Shown here: piece after piece, positions 38,568-49,472 of the stretch
Numbering within the stretch: the first letter of the stretch is position 1
How the letters are laid out: each line of letters starts with the position of its first letter
Assembly (NCBI RefSeq): GCF_001194135.2
Contig: NC_068985.1
Coordinates: 127,411,675-127,475,674, forward strand
Length of the DNA: 64,000 nt
Direction of reading: 5' to 3'
Source: Octopus bimaculoides
Taxonomy: Eukaryota
The notes under the pieces: model-generated
Database searches by the model: none
What the model was told of the DNA's origin: nothing
What the model saw: the letters and a program-made list of their open reading frames with translations, nothing else
Made by a program: the position numbers and the translations under genes

Positions 38568-39006
38568 CTGTTATTTTAGAAGATGGATCAATTGGAAGGA
38601 CTGCAACTTTGTGCCCCAAGCTGGTCAGATATTTTCCAAATACTTCAATGAACGTGCTTTTGCCTGCTCCTGGTGGGCCAGATATACCAATTCGGAACGA
38701 TATAGTCGGATGTATCGAACGCATTTCTTGCTCCTGAATATATTTTAAACATTTACCTAAAAGAGACTGACCGGCTGTTTTCTTTTGCTCATTGCTAGAT
38801 TCGACTAAAGTAATGCTCTGTGCTAATGACGCTCTGTTACCACTTATTATACCTTGGAATAGACTATTGACATACTGCGAAGTGAAGCCCAGTTTTGGGG
38901 CGACATTAGTGTTTATATTTCGTGATCGGAAGATCGATCGAGTTGTATCACAGCGACATTTAATTAAGTAAAATACCGAGAGAGGAACACGTTTAAACTT
39001 TTCCAT
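38568..39006 (-). CDS. MMAA: Methylmalonic aciduria type A GTPase (MeaB family), coding exon 1
   Basis: MEKFKRVPLS...GNRASLAQSITLVES...FRIGISGPPGAGKSTFIE...VAVLPIDPSSKIT+G. Contains the P-loop and DPSS motif, a basic N-terminus resembling a mitochondrial presequence, and a GTAAAT donor at 38567. An alternative in-frame ATG is at 39045. Confidence 0.93.
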
Positions 39007-39094
39007 CTTTCTCTTGTTTATGTTGCTGTTATCTCCCTTCAACATCAAGGAAACCCCCCCTCTCTCCCTCTCTCTCTTTTTCTCTCTCTCTTTT

Positions 39095-39133
<39 letters not shown>

Positions 39134-40249
39134 TTCCCCGTTTCAAATTTTGGCACAATGCGAACAATCTCGCGGGGAAGGAGTAAGTACATACTTTATC
39201 GACCCTGAAAGGGAAGAAAGGCACAGTCGACCTTGACAGAATTTGAACTTATAACGTGTAGAGAGAACTCTTCATATGAAATATAACTTCTGTAGGGGGC
39301 AAGACTTCCTTTTGTACCCCACCAAAAACACCCCTTTTTTTATTTAATTTTTTTTTCTACACAGACACCCGTTTTCCGTTGCGGAGGATACGAATCTGCA
39401 AAAAAATTTGCAAAAATCAGTATTTTGAAATTACTACCACCACCCGCTAATTTTTTCATTTTTAACTATTTTCAGAATTTTTTTTTTTTTTTTTCAAAAT
39501 ATGCCGGAAAATACGGAGATTATGATTCTGAAAAAAATTTCCAAAGATTTTTTGTAGTTACGATTAGGGTTTTAGGGTTAGATTAGGTTTAGGGTATGGA
39601 AAGAAGTGAAAAAAAAATGAAGAAATTGGTGGGGGGGTGGGGCTGAAATTTCAAAATGCCGTTTTTGGCAATTATCTGGAATCTCCGTATCCGAAAACGT
39701 GGGGTGGGGGCCCCAAAAAATAATTAATTAATTAATAAAAATTTGGTTGAAAATGGGGCAGGGAGGAAGTCTTTCCTTGTAGGGTCTCAAATATTGTGAA
39801 TTGAAACTCCACTTAATCAATCCTATCCAAGCAATTAGAAGACATAAACTCCTTTTCAGGGTATTTTAAAATGTAAAAGCAACAAACGAAAGAGTTAACT
39901 TTGGTAAGCTCTAATAGTTGATACTTTTGTACAATATTGGGCAATGCAAATAGGAGCGGAATTAATCTATAAAGTCTACTGGTGATGGCCATATTTAAAC
40001 TGTCCAGGAAAGTATATTTCACTCTGTTGACACTCTGAAGTAATCGGTGTAGATGAAAATCGAAGAGAATGTGTTTTGTAATTGTTTATTTAGGTTCAGG
40101 AGAAACGATAGATGGTTACATACACATCCTTCTGATGTCCACAACAGCTGTGATGACTTTTAAGAGTAGTGAGTAATGAAGGTCCTGTCCTGCCACCTCA
40201 CATTTTTCCCCCGGGGTCTTAGATTTAATGTTACTGGATTCATTAAGGT

Positions 40250-40634
40250 GATGGAGAGAGTTGTTAAGCCCTGGATGGGTGAAGTAAGCAGTAGAAGGCC
40301 ATACATGTTTCCAGTCAGCACCCAAGCATGTATGTGAGACAACACTTGGAACAGTGTTGAAAGGGAGACTAATTGACATCCTTACAATGTCATAGCTTCA
40401 CTAAGGGTGCCATTGTCCAGGTGATGTCGGAAATGAATAAGGACCATTTAGTGCAAGTATGTCATCGATTCTGGTCCAATACTGAAACAGTCATTGAAGC
40501 TGAAAGATGGATTCATAGAATAATCTTATGAGAAAATTTACTAAGAACATGAGCACAAATTTTTATTAAAATACATTTGGTTTTTCCTAAATGAGAGTTG
40601 TTTTATTAAATTGCCAAGTACTTATCACACCCTG
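40250..40634 (+). mobile_element. Tc1/mariner (DD37D/maT-like) 3' relic
   Basis: WNSVERETN...KLKDGFIE* remnants and a terminal CACCCTG|TA TIR end. Confidence 0.6.
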
Positions 40635-41325
40635 TATGTGTCTGTCTGTCTGTCTGTATCATTCACTCACAGCAGTGGGTGAATATATTAAGGTCAACAT
40701 TTAGTTACCTGCAAACACTTCTAGGCTTCTTCACTAATTCTTCCCCCCCCCCTCTCTCTCTGTATATATATATATATAGAGAGAGAGAGAGACAGACAGA
40801 CAGAGACAGAGACAGAGAGTTCAATCTGCATTGATATAAGCGACTTGATATTTTTACCCTTTGCCACAAATATTCCTTATTTACCTATTTCTGCTCCATC
40901 AATTAATGGTTTTTTACTTAAAATGACCATCCTTTTATTTTTTAAATTAACTGACCGATAATCTCCTCTTAACTGGCCAGACCCTTCCTACTTCAGAACT
41001 GTGGTAGTACAGCATGTTTCCACCTAGACTATGAAGTAAGCATGTATAAAATTATTGATATTTTTGGTAATAATCCTGATTTATGTTATGTAGTTGTGTT
41101 TGGCAGTAAATTATACCAATTTTTATGTCTATGTTTTGTATCCTAAGTCTTGACTGCTCCTAATATTACATATGCAAAATAGAAATATTTTGTCCCCCAG
41201 TTTAATTAATTTATTTTTGCAATTTTGAAATTTAATTTAATTTAATTATGCTAATTGATTTGGAAATTATCAATAAATAACTTATGGTTAACTGTTATCA
41301 TATTAAGTTCAAAAACTCCTGGCAT

Positions 41326-41356
<31 letters not shown>

Positions 41357-41580
41357 NNNNNNNNNNNNNNNNNNNNNNNNNNNNNNNNNNNNNNNNNNNN
41401 NNNNNNNNNNNNNNNNNNNNNNNNNNNNNNNNNNNNNNNNNNNNNNNNNNNNNNNNNNNNNNNNNNNNNNNNNNNNNNNNGTATTCCCGAGCGTTAAACT
41501 AATACATCCTTTTGTTGTTTACACCACCTGTCCTCGTCTGTTGCTGTTTTTTTCGTAAATTCTCCCATATATATATATAT

Positions 41581-41875
41581 CATCATCATCGTCGTTTAAC
41601 GTCCGCTTTCCATGCTAGCATGGGTTGGACGATTTGACTGAGGACTGATGGACCAGGAGGCGACACCAGGCTCCAATCTGATTTGGCAGAGTTTCTACAG
41701 CTGGATGCCCTTCTTAACGCCAACCACTCCGGGAGTGTAGTGGGTGCTTTTACGTGCCACCGGCACGAGGGCCAGTCAGGCGGGTACTGGCAACGGTCAT
41801 GCTCAAAATGGTGTATTTTACATGCCACCTGCACAGGAGCCAGTTCGGCGGCACTGGCAACGATCTCGCTCGAAT
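41581..41875 (-). mobile_element. Young RTE-LINE 3'UTR copy
   Basis: catcatcgtcgtttaacgtccgctttccatgctagcatggg..., with CpGs retained. Confidence 0.85.
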
Positions 41876-42764
41876 ATATATAGTAGAAAACAGAGGGATA
41901 ACTAATGGTTAAGGGGAGGCAATTATGGATTTTGCAAGTAATATTTCTAAGCTTACGTCTGTATTTTTCAAGTGGTTACGGTGATATGTTATATAATATG
42001 TATGTATTGATGGATGGGCTCTGTCTATATCTATGCATATGTAGCTACAATAGGAGCACTTATATATCGATCTTGATTATAGATATGTATATATACTTTT
42101 ATTATATAATATATATTTTTATGTAAATAATAATAAATAAAGATGGGTTACAGAGTTTTTCAGTTAACATAAAAGAGGGGTGGTAAAGGTAAAATGAAAC
42201 AAGATAAAACTTAGAAAAATATAGTGTATATATGTGCATATACCATGTGCAAACACACACACGAGCATGCCTATTCTTACACATATCAATATGCATACAT
42301 GGATGTATATTTACATATACACAAGTAGCCACATAGATACAGATACATACAAACACATATATACACTTAAATCACACATAGGTAACACACCAGTAATTCA
42401 TTGGCTATAAATATCCCTTAGACAGTTTTTGTAACCTCTAATTGAACTCACCTTGATTATTTAATTAGAATATAACATTATTTTATAATAACAATTGTTT
42501 GAAAATATATTTATTTATAACAAATATGATGCTGTTATTCTTTGGTCAAACAAAATTTTTATTCAAAAAATATTTACAATAGTATAATTTTTTCAATTAT
42601 AGAGGTAAGTATAATTATAATAATAGAAGTGTTGCCTGAAAAAAAAGGTGGACTTGAATGAAATATGAAGGTGCAGAATCCTAGAATATTCTAAAGTACT
42701 GAATCTGGAAATGTACAGAATAAGCAAAATGAAAAATGTGGGTACAGAGAAGTATTGGAATTGG

Positions 42765-42808
<44 letters not shown>

Positions 42809-43588
42809 GGAGTTAAACGCAGGTGTTATTCAAATTCTTTTACTTTCAACACATGTTTTGAAGATATCATTGGTATTATTCCAAAGGAATAAAATGGTGT
42901 AAAACAATGTAATCTTCTCTTCAGGGAAATGAAGAGATAAAACTTGTCAATAAGACATTTTAGCAGAATATGATGGATATGTATAGTGATTAACTGAACG
43001 CTATTAAGTTTTTAAAAAAAAAACTCTAGAGGATATAACGTCAAAGGTAGCGTATAGAAAGAGGAGGAGTAAAGGAAAGAAAAAATCAGAAACCAAATAA
43101 ATGAGAAGTATAGAACAATATGTAAATTAAATAAAACCCTAAAGTTTGGAAAAAGATATATCTATTGACAGTGAAATGAAAGAAGAAAATCAATGTTTAA
43201 ATTATATATAATGGTAGATATCACTTATATGAACTAAAGGTATGTTTCTGCTAATGTTTACATTGGTAAGCATGCTCTATAACCTTGTTTACAAAGGGAT
43301 TTTTTAAAAAAAGAATAAAAAATAGTTCACAATTACAGAGAAGACAGAATTTCTTNNNNNNNNNNNNNNNNNNNNNNNNNNNNNNNNNNNNNNNNNNNNN
43401 NNNNNNNNNNNNNNNNNNNNNNNNNNNNNNNNNNNNNNNNNNNNNNNNNNNNNNNNNNNNNNNNNNNNNNNNNNNNNNNNNNNNNNNNNNNNNNNNNNNN
43501 NNNNNNNNNNNNNNNNNNNNNNNNNNNNNNNNNNNNNNNNNNNNNNNNNNNNNNNNNNNNNNNNNNNNNNNNNNNNNNNNNNNNNNNN

Positions 43589-43619
<31 letters not shown>

Positions 43620-43699
43620 TTGCAAGATTCTTGATGTGAAATCGTGTGTTGAAACAGATATTGTTGTATTTGGGGATGGTCATGTTGCCAGTTTAGCAA

Positions 43700-43791
43700 A
43701 AAATCAAACATCCAGTCAACATCATGGTGTTTGGAGTGATCACTAATGATGATGACGTTTTGCCTCTATTCATCTTCCCACACAGCCTCAC
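43700..43791 (+). mobile_element. maT/DD37D-like transposase fragment
   Basis: IKHPVNIMVFGVITNDDDVLPLFIFPHSL reading, abutting the 3' break of the neighbouring mariner. Confidence 0.55.
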
Positions 43792-44916
43792 ATAAAGAAT
43801 TCTGGAGAGCAAGAGGTAATGAAATCACAAAAAGCTGTTTTTGCATCATTTTCAAATTTGAAGTTTTTTCCTTGCAAAAAGTTGTCTAATGCCTGGAAGA
43901 TTTGGTAGTCAGTTGGTGCAAGGTCTGATAACAGTACTTTCAAGTTCAGTTCCTGTAACTTGAGTAGCGTTCTTTGTGCAACATGTGATTGAGCATTGTC
44001 TTGCAAGAGAATTGGCCTGTCTCTATTGACCAATTTTGGTTGTTTAATTGCAAGTTCACTCATCATTTCTTCCAATTGATTGATGTAGACATCTGCTGTA
44101 ATTGACTTACCAGGTCTCATGAAGTTGTAGTGGATGACACCAGCGCTGGACCACCAAACAGACATCATTATCCTTGTTTGGTGAATATTCTTCTTTGGAT
44201 TGTGTTTGGCACTTCGTCTCTATCCATCCACTTTGCAGAATGCTTGCTATTGTTGAAAAGAATCCATTTTCCATCACACATAATAATATAATGCAAAAAT
44301 GGTTTGCTTTTATGTCATGACAGCAAAAAACAGTAAGTTTCAAGATGACGTGTCATTTGATGCTCATTTAGTTCATGTGGTATTGACTTGTCCAGTTTCT
44401 TTACCTTGTTGATTTATTTCAGATGATTGAATACTAATGGAATCAAAACATCAAACCTTGCTGCTAACTCATGCAGAGTTTGAGATATATCCACTTTCAC
44501 TACAGTTTCCAGCTCATCATTATCCACCTTTGTCTCGGGTCTACCATGGGGCTGATTTTCAAGAGAAAAATCACCAGACCGGAACGTCTCAAACCATCAT
44601 CGTACAGTGCACCCATTTGCCACATCTTCACCAAACACTTCATTGATGTTTTGGGATGTTTGAAATGCATTGGTTCCCTGACAGAACTCATATTCATAAA
44701 CAACACAAATTTTTGATCTATCCATGGGTTCACAAAAATTGATTCACAAGAGAAAACTCTCAATATAAATCAGACACCATGAACTGTATTTCAAAAAGTG
44801 ATGATGTAATTCTTCAATGTTGTAAAACAGAATTGTCAGAATAAAGCATTAGAGTTAACGACTGTCAAACTTAGTACATAAGAAAATTGGACATTTAATT
44901 CTTAATGACTTGATAA
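43792..44916 (-). mobile_element. Decayed Hsmar1/SETMAR-like mariner transposase, 3' end missing
   Basis: VWWSSAGVIHY..RPGKSITADVY..QLEEM...LVNRDRPILLQDNA.SHVA...DLAPTDY..FQALDNFLQGK. The HPPYSP motif is deleted. The N-terminal HTH is in shifted frames at 44500-44720, with a TA at 44917-18. Confidence 0.88.
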
Positions 44917-45831
44917 TAGATTTTTCAGCATTCTTTATATAAAATAATATGAAGTTCATTTCCTTTTGATAATCAGATTATGCCCTCTGTATGGTAAATG
45001 TAGACAAAGAAGACATACTAAAAGATAACATTTCTTGTGGAAAATTGTTTAAATAGTATTAAATGTGGGGCTCTTTCAAGTAAGAGAGTGAATGTAGGGA
45101 TGATGAAAAGAAGAGCTACAAATGACTACTTCAGTGAATTTTTCTTGAATAAACCTGCATTTTTGTATTAGAAAATGATATTTATGATTCTGATATTTAC
45201 GATATTTTTTGTGTTGAGTTATTTGATTAATTATTGCCAATCCCAGGCATGGCTGGGTTGTTAAGAAGCTTGCTTCTCAACCAAGTGGTCTTGCATTCAG
45301 CCTCTAGTCCCACTCTGTGAAACCTTAGGTAGGTGTCTTCTTCAATAGTCCCAGGTCAGCTTATGCCTTGTGAGTCATCTTCATCATCCATTTTCCATAC
45401 TGGCATGGGTTGGACAGTTTGACAGGAGTTGACCCGCCAGGGTGCTATCCAGGCTCCAGCTGTCTGTTGTGACATGGTTTCTATGGCTGGATGCCCTTCC
45501 TAACACCAACCACTTTACAGAGTGTGCTTGATTCTTCTTACATGCCACTGGCACAGGTTCATTTCTGTAGCACCAGCATGAGTGCATTTTATGTGGTGCT
45601 GGCACCTGTAAAGGACAAGCCTGCATGTATGGATGGCAGCAATTTTACTTGGCTTCACATGTCTTCTCAAGTACAGCAAATTGCCACAACACATGGCCCT
45701 TTGTCATTTCATCAGAGATATCCAGCATCTGAAGATCCTTGTGGCCCAGCATCTAAATGAATTTGGTAAAGAAAAAGTGTATGGATGCCTGTTGTAATAT
45801 GTACATGAATTTTTTGCATTGTCCTCTATAA

Positions 45832-46134
45832 CAGTGCTACTCAAAGTGATGGTCTGTGGACCAGTGCCAGTCTGCAAACCAACAGCTGTCAGTACACAGT
45901 GAGTTTCCAGAAAAAAAAGAAACACAAAAGGCTTATAAAATGCTTATATAATATTGTATTATTTGTTTACAAAATAAATATAAGATAAAAAGATTGCCAA
46001 CTTTTATTATATTCATTATATATATTGTTTCCAGTATAAATTAATATTACTAAGAAATATTACCGGTCCCTGGCACACTGGAAAAAAAAAAAAAAACTGC
46101 CAGTACACCACATCGGATAGTTTGAGAGGCACTG
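45832..46134. mobile_element. hAT (Charlie-like) MITE, 303 bp
   Basis: CAGTG...CACTG TIRs and a perfect 8-bp TSD CTCTATAA at 45824-45831 and 46135-46142. Confidence 0.88.
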
Positions 46135-46667
46135 CTCTATAACACTTTTGCTTAGCACAAAAGAGAGAAAATTTTTTTCTGGATAAAATATTTTCCTCCA
46201 AAGATGTGGTGTCTATTCCAAACAGCTTGATGTGAACTGATACAATAACAACAGGTATTTTAAGGACATTTTCACTGCTAAGACAGAAGTTAGCTCTGCA
46301 GGCTTCATGAAAGTTTTCTCTGCCTTCTCTGTATATTTTGCTTTTTCCCCTTAATTCTTCCACCATTGTTTTTATCCATGTCATGTGTTTCCTCTATTTT
46401 TTTTTCTACCTTGAGGAAAACTGATACGATGTAGATTTAATGCCCCCAGTTCAAATACTCAATAGAAATACCTGCAGTTAGTTTGAACTCAAACCTCTGT
46501 GAGTTGGTAGTCTGACATCTTATTCATGCTACTATTTCACATCTATAAATATAGTGGGAATGACATAACTTGTAGATAGTTTCAGTAAGGGTAGAGTCCA
46601 TTGTAATAATGATAATTGAATAGCATGAACATGCATACCATACATATACATACATTTACACACACGC

Positions 46668-46705
<38 letters not shown>

Positions 46706-47382
46706 CTTTTACTTGTTTCAGTCATTAGACTGAAGCCATGCTGGAGCACCACCTTGAAGAATTTTAGTAGAATTTATTGACCCCAGTACTTCTTTTCTTC
46801 CTTTTTTTGTTTGTTTTGGTAAAGCCTACTTAGTGTATTGATCTTTTTTGCTAAGCTGCTAAATTACAGGGACATAAACACACCAACATCGGTTGTCAAG
46901 TTGTGATGGGACATGCACACACACACACACACGCACACACACGCGCAACACACACACACACACGTATACAGTGGGTTTTTTTCGGTTCCCATCTACCAAA
47001 TCCACTTACAGGACTTTCGTCAGCCCAAGGCTATAGTAGAAGACACTTGCCCAAGATGCCACACCATGGGACTGAATCTAGAACCATATGTTAGAAAACA
47101 AACTTTTTACCATACAGCCATGCCTGTCCCATCACCACTTGACAACCGCTGTTAGTGTGTTTATGTCCCTGTAACTTAGCAGCTCGGCAATAAAAGATCA
47201 ATACACTTTTTTCTTCTCTTTCTTCATCTCTTTATTCCTTTGCTTCTGTCCTCTATGTCGTCATTTCATTAATCTATACCCTTCTCATTTTTGCTATTTG
47301 TCTCAGATGACAGAATATCCCATACACTGAGGTATCCCAGAAACAGCTGTAAGACTTTGAATTGTTTTTTCCAATGATAATG

Positions 47383-47714
47383 GGATCTTGTTCAAAATGG
47401 GGGCACCAGTTTTCATTTATGTTTTATGTAGTGTTTTTGGTACCAAAAGACTTTCAAACTTCGTATACTTATCTATTTTGTGTTATAGAACAGAAAAAAA
47501 TTTTTGTATTCGAATTTATTTCATGTAAAAAATTGTCTTATTTCGATAATTTCAACCAATCACTGACAAGTATTCAGCTGTTTACACTTACTCCTTTGGC
47601 AGTTTAAGCGGTGTAAAGCGTATTTAATCTCCATTACTTCTGACATTTTGCAGAGAGGCAACACGTGTGTTCGTTTTCCATAACCCTAACCCTAACCCGT
47701 TTTGAACAAGATCC
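47383..47714. mobile_element. GGATC-ended MITE, same family as 36014-36519
   Basis: GGATCTTGTTCAAAATGGG / CCCGTTTTGAACAAGATCC TIRs, about 150 bp nearly identical to 36050-36177, and CCCTAA repeats near the right end. Confidence 0.78.
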
Positions 47715-48599
47715 TTTACATCTCTTTCTTTACTAAATACAACTATTGATTTATTAATCCTTGAGAACTTTGGTGAAAACAAGGTTCTACTTTATATACT
47801 AGCATGGCTATAGTGTGTGCCGCCTGGGGCAGCCCTTCTGTTTGCCACCCCCGAACCTCACAAAAAAAAAACATATATTGCCAGCATCAGACCCAAAAGT
47901 GCTGCCCCTACCGCCCCCTAGCTACGCTAGTGACTTTATTCAAGGAAGATTTTGACTGTGTCCCACATGAAACTATCATAAGTAAATAGTTAAGCAGTAA
48001 GTTTCATTGATTAGGTCTTCTCCAAACCCTTGTCTTGCTAATTCTGGTGTACTTCTTTATTTGATTATGCCTCTTACAGGCTGTCTCATGTACTTTAGTG
48101 ACTTTATTACTGTAACTTCCTAACAACTCAAACCAGTCTTCAAACCTCAACGTTTTCTACATCAACCTAAGGACAAAGCAGCACTTTCTCAATAAACAGA
48201 CATCTTGACAGTACTTGCTAATCATGACAAGATACCCAGTATCCAGCAACAGTATAAATATATTACCACCATCACTATACATATGAAAGAACTCTTACTA
48301 TTGCACCTAGCCTCTTACTATTGAAAGTTCCAGGAGAGCTTGCATAAATGGAGTTATAAAAGTGAAAGTGCAGTCAAACCCCAGAGGTACACACAGGTGA
48401 CTCTGACAAGACGTCTGTAAGAAGACTGGTTTCTTGGCTGCTACTTGACTCAAGGTGAAAGGATTTATTGATTATAAAGAACAGAATATTTTCACATCTT
48501 TGACAAGAAGTCATTCTTATCTATTATTAATTCTGCTATGACCACCATTTAATTTTGACAGCCTTAACAAGCATCAGTATACTTGTATAAATACATTGC

Positions 48600-48800
48600 C
48601 TGAGACAAAATGGAATTTCTTTGGTGCCATTCTTGAGACTCAGTGTGGATTTCGATCTTTTTAGTGTATTATATTAATGATTTTCTCAGCCTGCCAGCTA
48701 ATGAAGAAGTGTGTTGATCAATGAGTGCCACTGTAATAAGTATCTGTGGAGCTTACTAAGGCCTTTGAAACTGTAAATTACATTGTACTGTGGGTCTTAT
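48600..48800 (+). mobile_element. RTE-like RT fragment
   Basis: LETQCGFRS...MIFS..QLMKKCVDQ...LTKAFETVN, degraded. Confidence 0.55.
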
Positions 48801-48899
48801 TTGTAAACCAACAGCAACCTGTACCTCCTAAACTCTGACCCTAACTGTAACCTTAATCCTTTGCCTGACCCTACCACAAAAATGATATCAGCCCATGAA

Positions 48900-49310
48900 A
48901 ATGCACATGGGCATTCACCATCATCGATGTCCATCAGCCCATAATCAGGGCAGACTTTCTTTGAACACATTTGCTACTGGTTTATTTGCGTGGAAGATGA
49001 CTCCTCGACAACAATACATACGCTTCCGTGCCTCTTGCAACATCTGCACAAGCCAACCCCCGTCATAGCAACCATCTCGCAGGCCAAGAAGGCATTCTTG
49101 GATCTTGCTAGTCACTCCAATCTCACCCCTCCAACATTTTCCAAATCGAAAGCCCGCCAAGGTGTGACACACCACATCCCCACCACAGGCTTCTCTAGTG
49201 GACAGCCGCGCACGTCGTCTATCACCATAAAAAACTTGCAATCAGAAAGGCCGAATTTGACAGTCTGGAGGCCTTGTGTATTGTTGATCATCCAGAAAGT
49301 GCTATATGGA
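48900..49310 (+). mobile_element. Ty3/gypsy pol fragment (protease C-terminus to RT N-terminus)
   Basis: WAFTIIDVHQPIIRADFL..HLLLVYLRGR.LLD and GVTHHIPTTG...RARRLSP.KLAIRKAEFDSLEAL across frameshifts. Confidence 0.75.
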
Positions 49311-49394
49311 ACAGTGACCATCATAACGGTCATTATCATTCCAACTAATGTCGGATATTGTCTTCAGTTACTCGTATCCACTTTCTGCACCACG

Positions 49395-49472
49395 GGCATA
49401 TGACGTAGTGGTTAAGAGCGCGGGCTACTAACCCAAAGATTCAACAACATGGAAAAGTACCTTAGAAATGAG
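49395..49472 (+). mobile_element. tRNA-headed short element, 5' part (continues at 51618-51770)
   Basis: gacgtagtggttaagagcgcgggctactaa tRNA-like head. The sequence breaks at GAAATGAG and resumes at GGAATGAG after the inserted transposon. Confidence 0.6.

Noticed and set aside
39007-39192. N-terminal RE-repeat extension in the 230-aa ORF call (and other YI/RE/LS/TH-repeat ORFs)
   Set aside because: These are translations of (GA)n, (TA)n and (CA)n microsatellites and N-gaps.
41930-41985. Minus-strand ccacTTGAAAAatacag...GAAA, a possible Penelope terminal-repeat relic; 42420-43330 might be PLE body
   Set aside because: Too degenerate, and no RT or GIY-YIG motif could be read with confidence.
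49395-49440. tRNA-like sequence (also 1674, 52658, 63750)
   Set aside because: No complete cloverleaf or acceptor stem, and each runs into a SINE body, so these are SINE heads and not tRNA genes.
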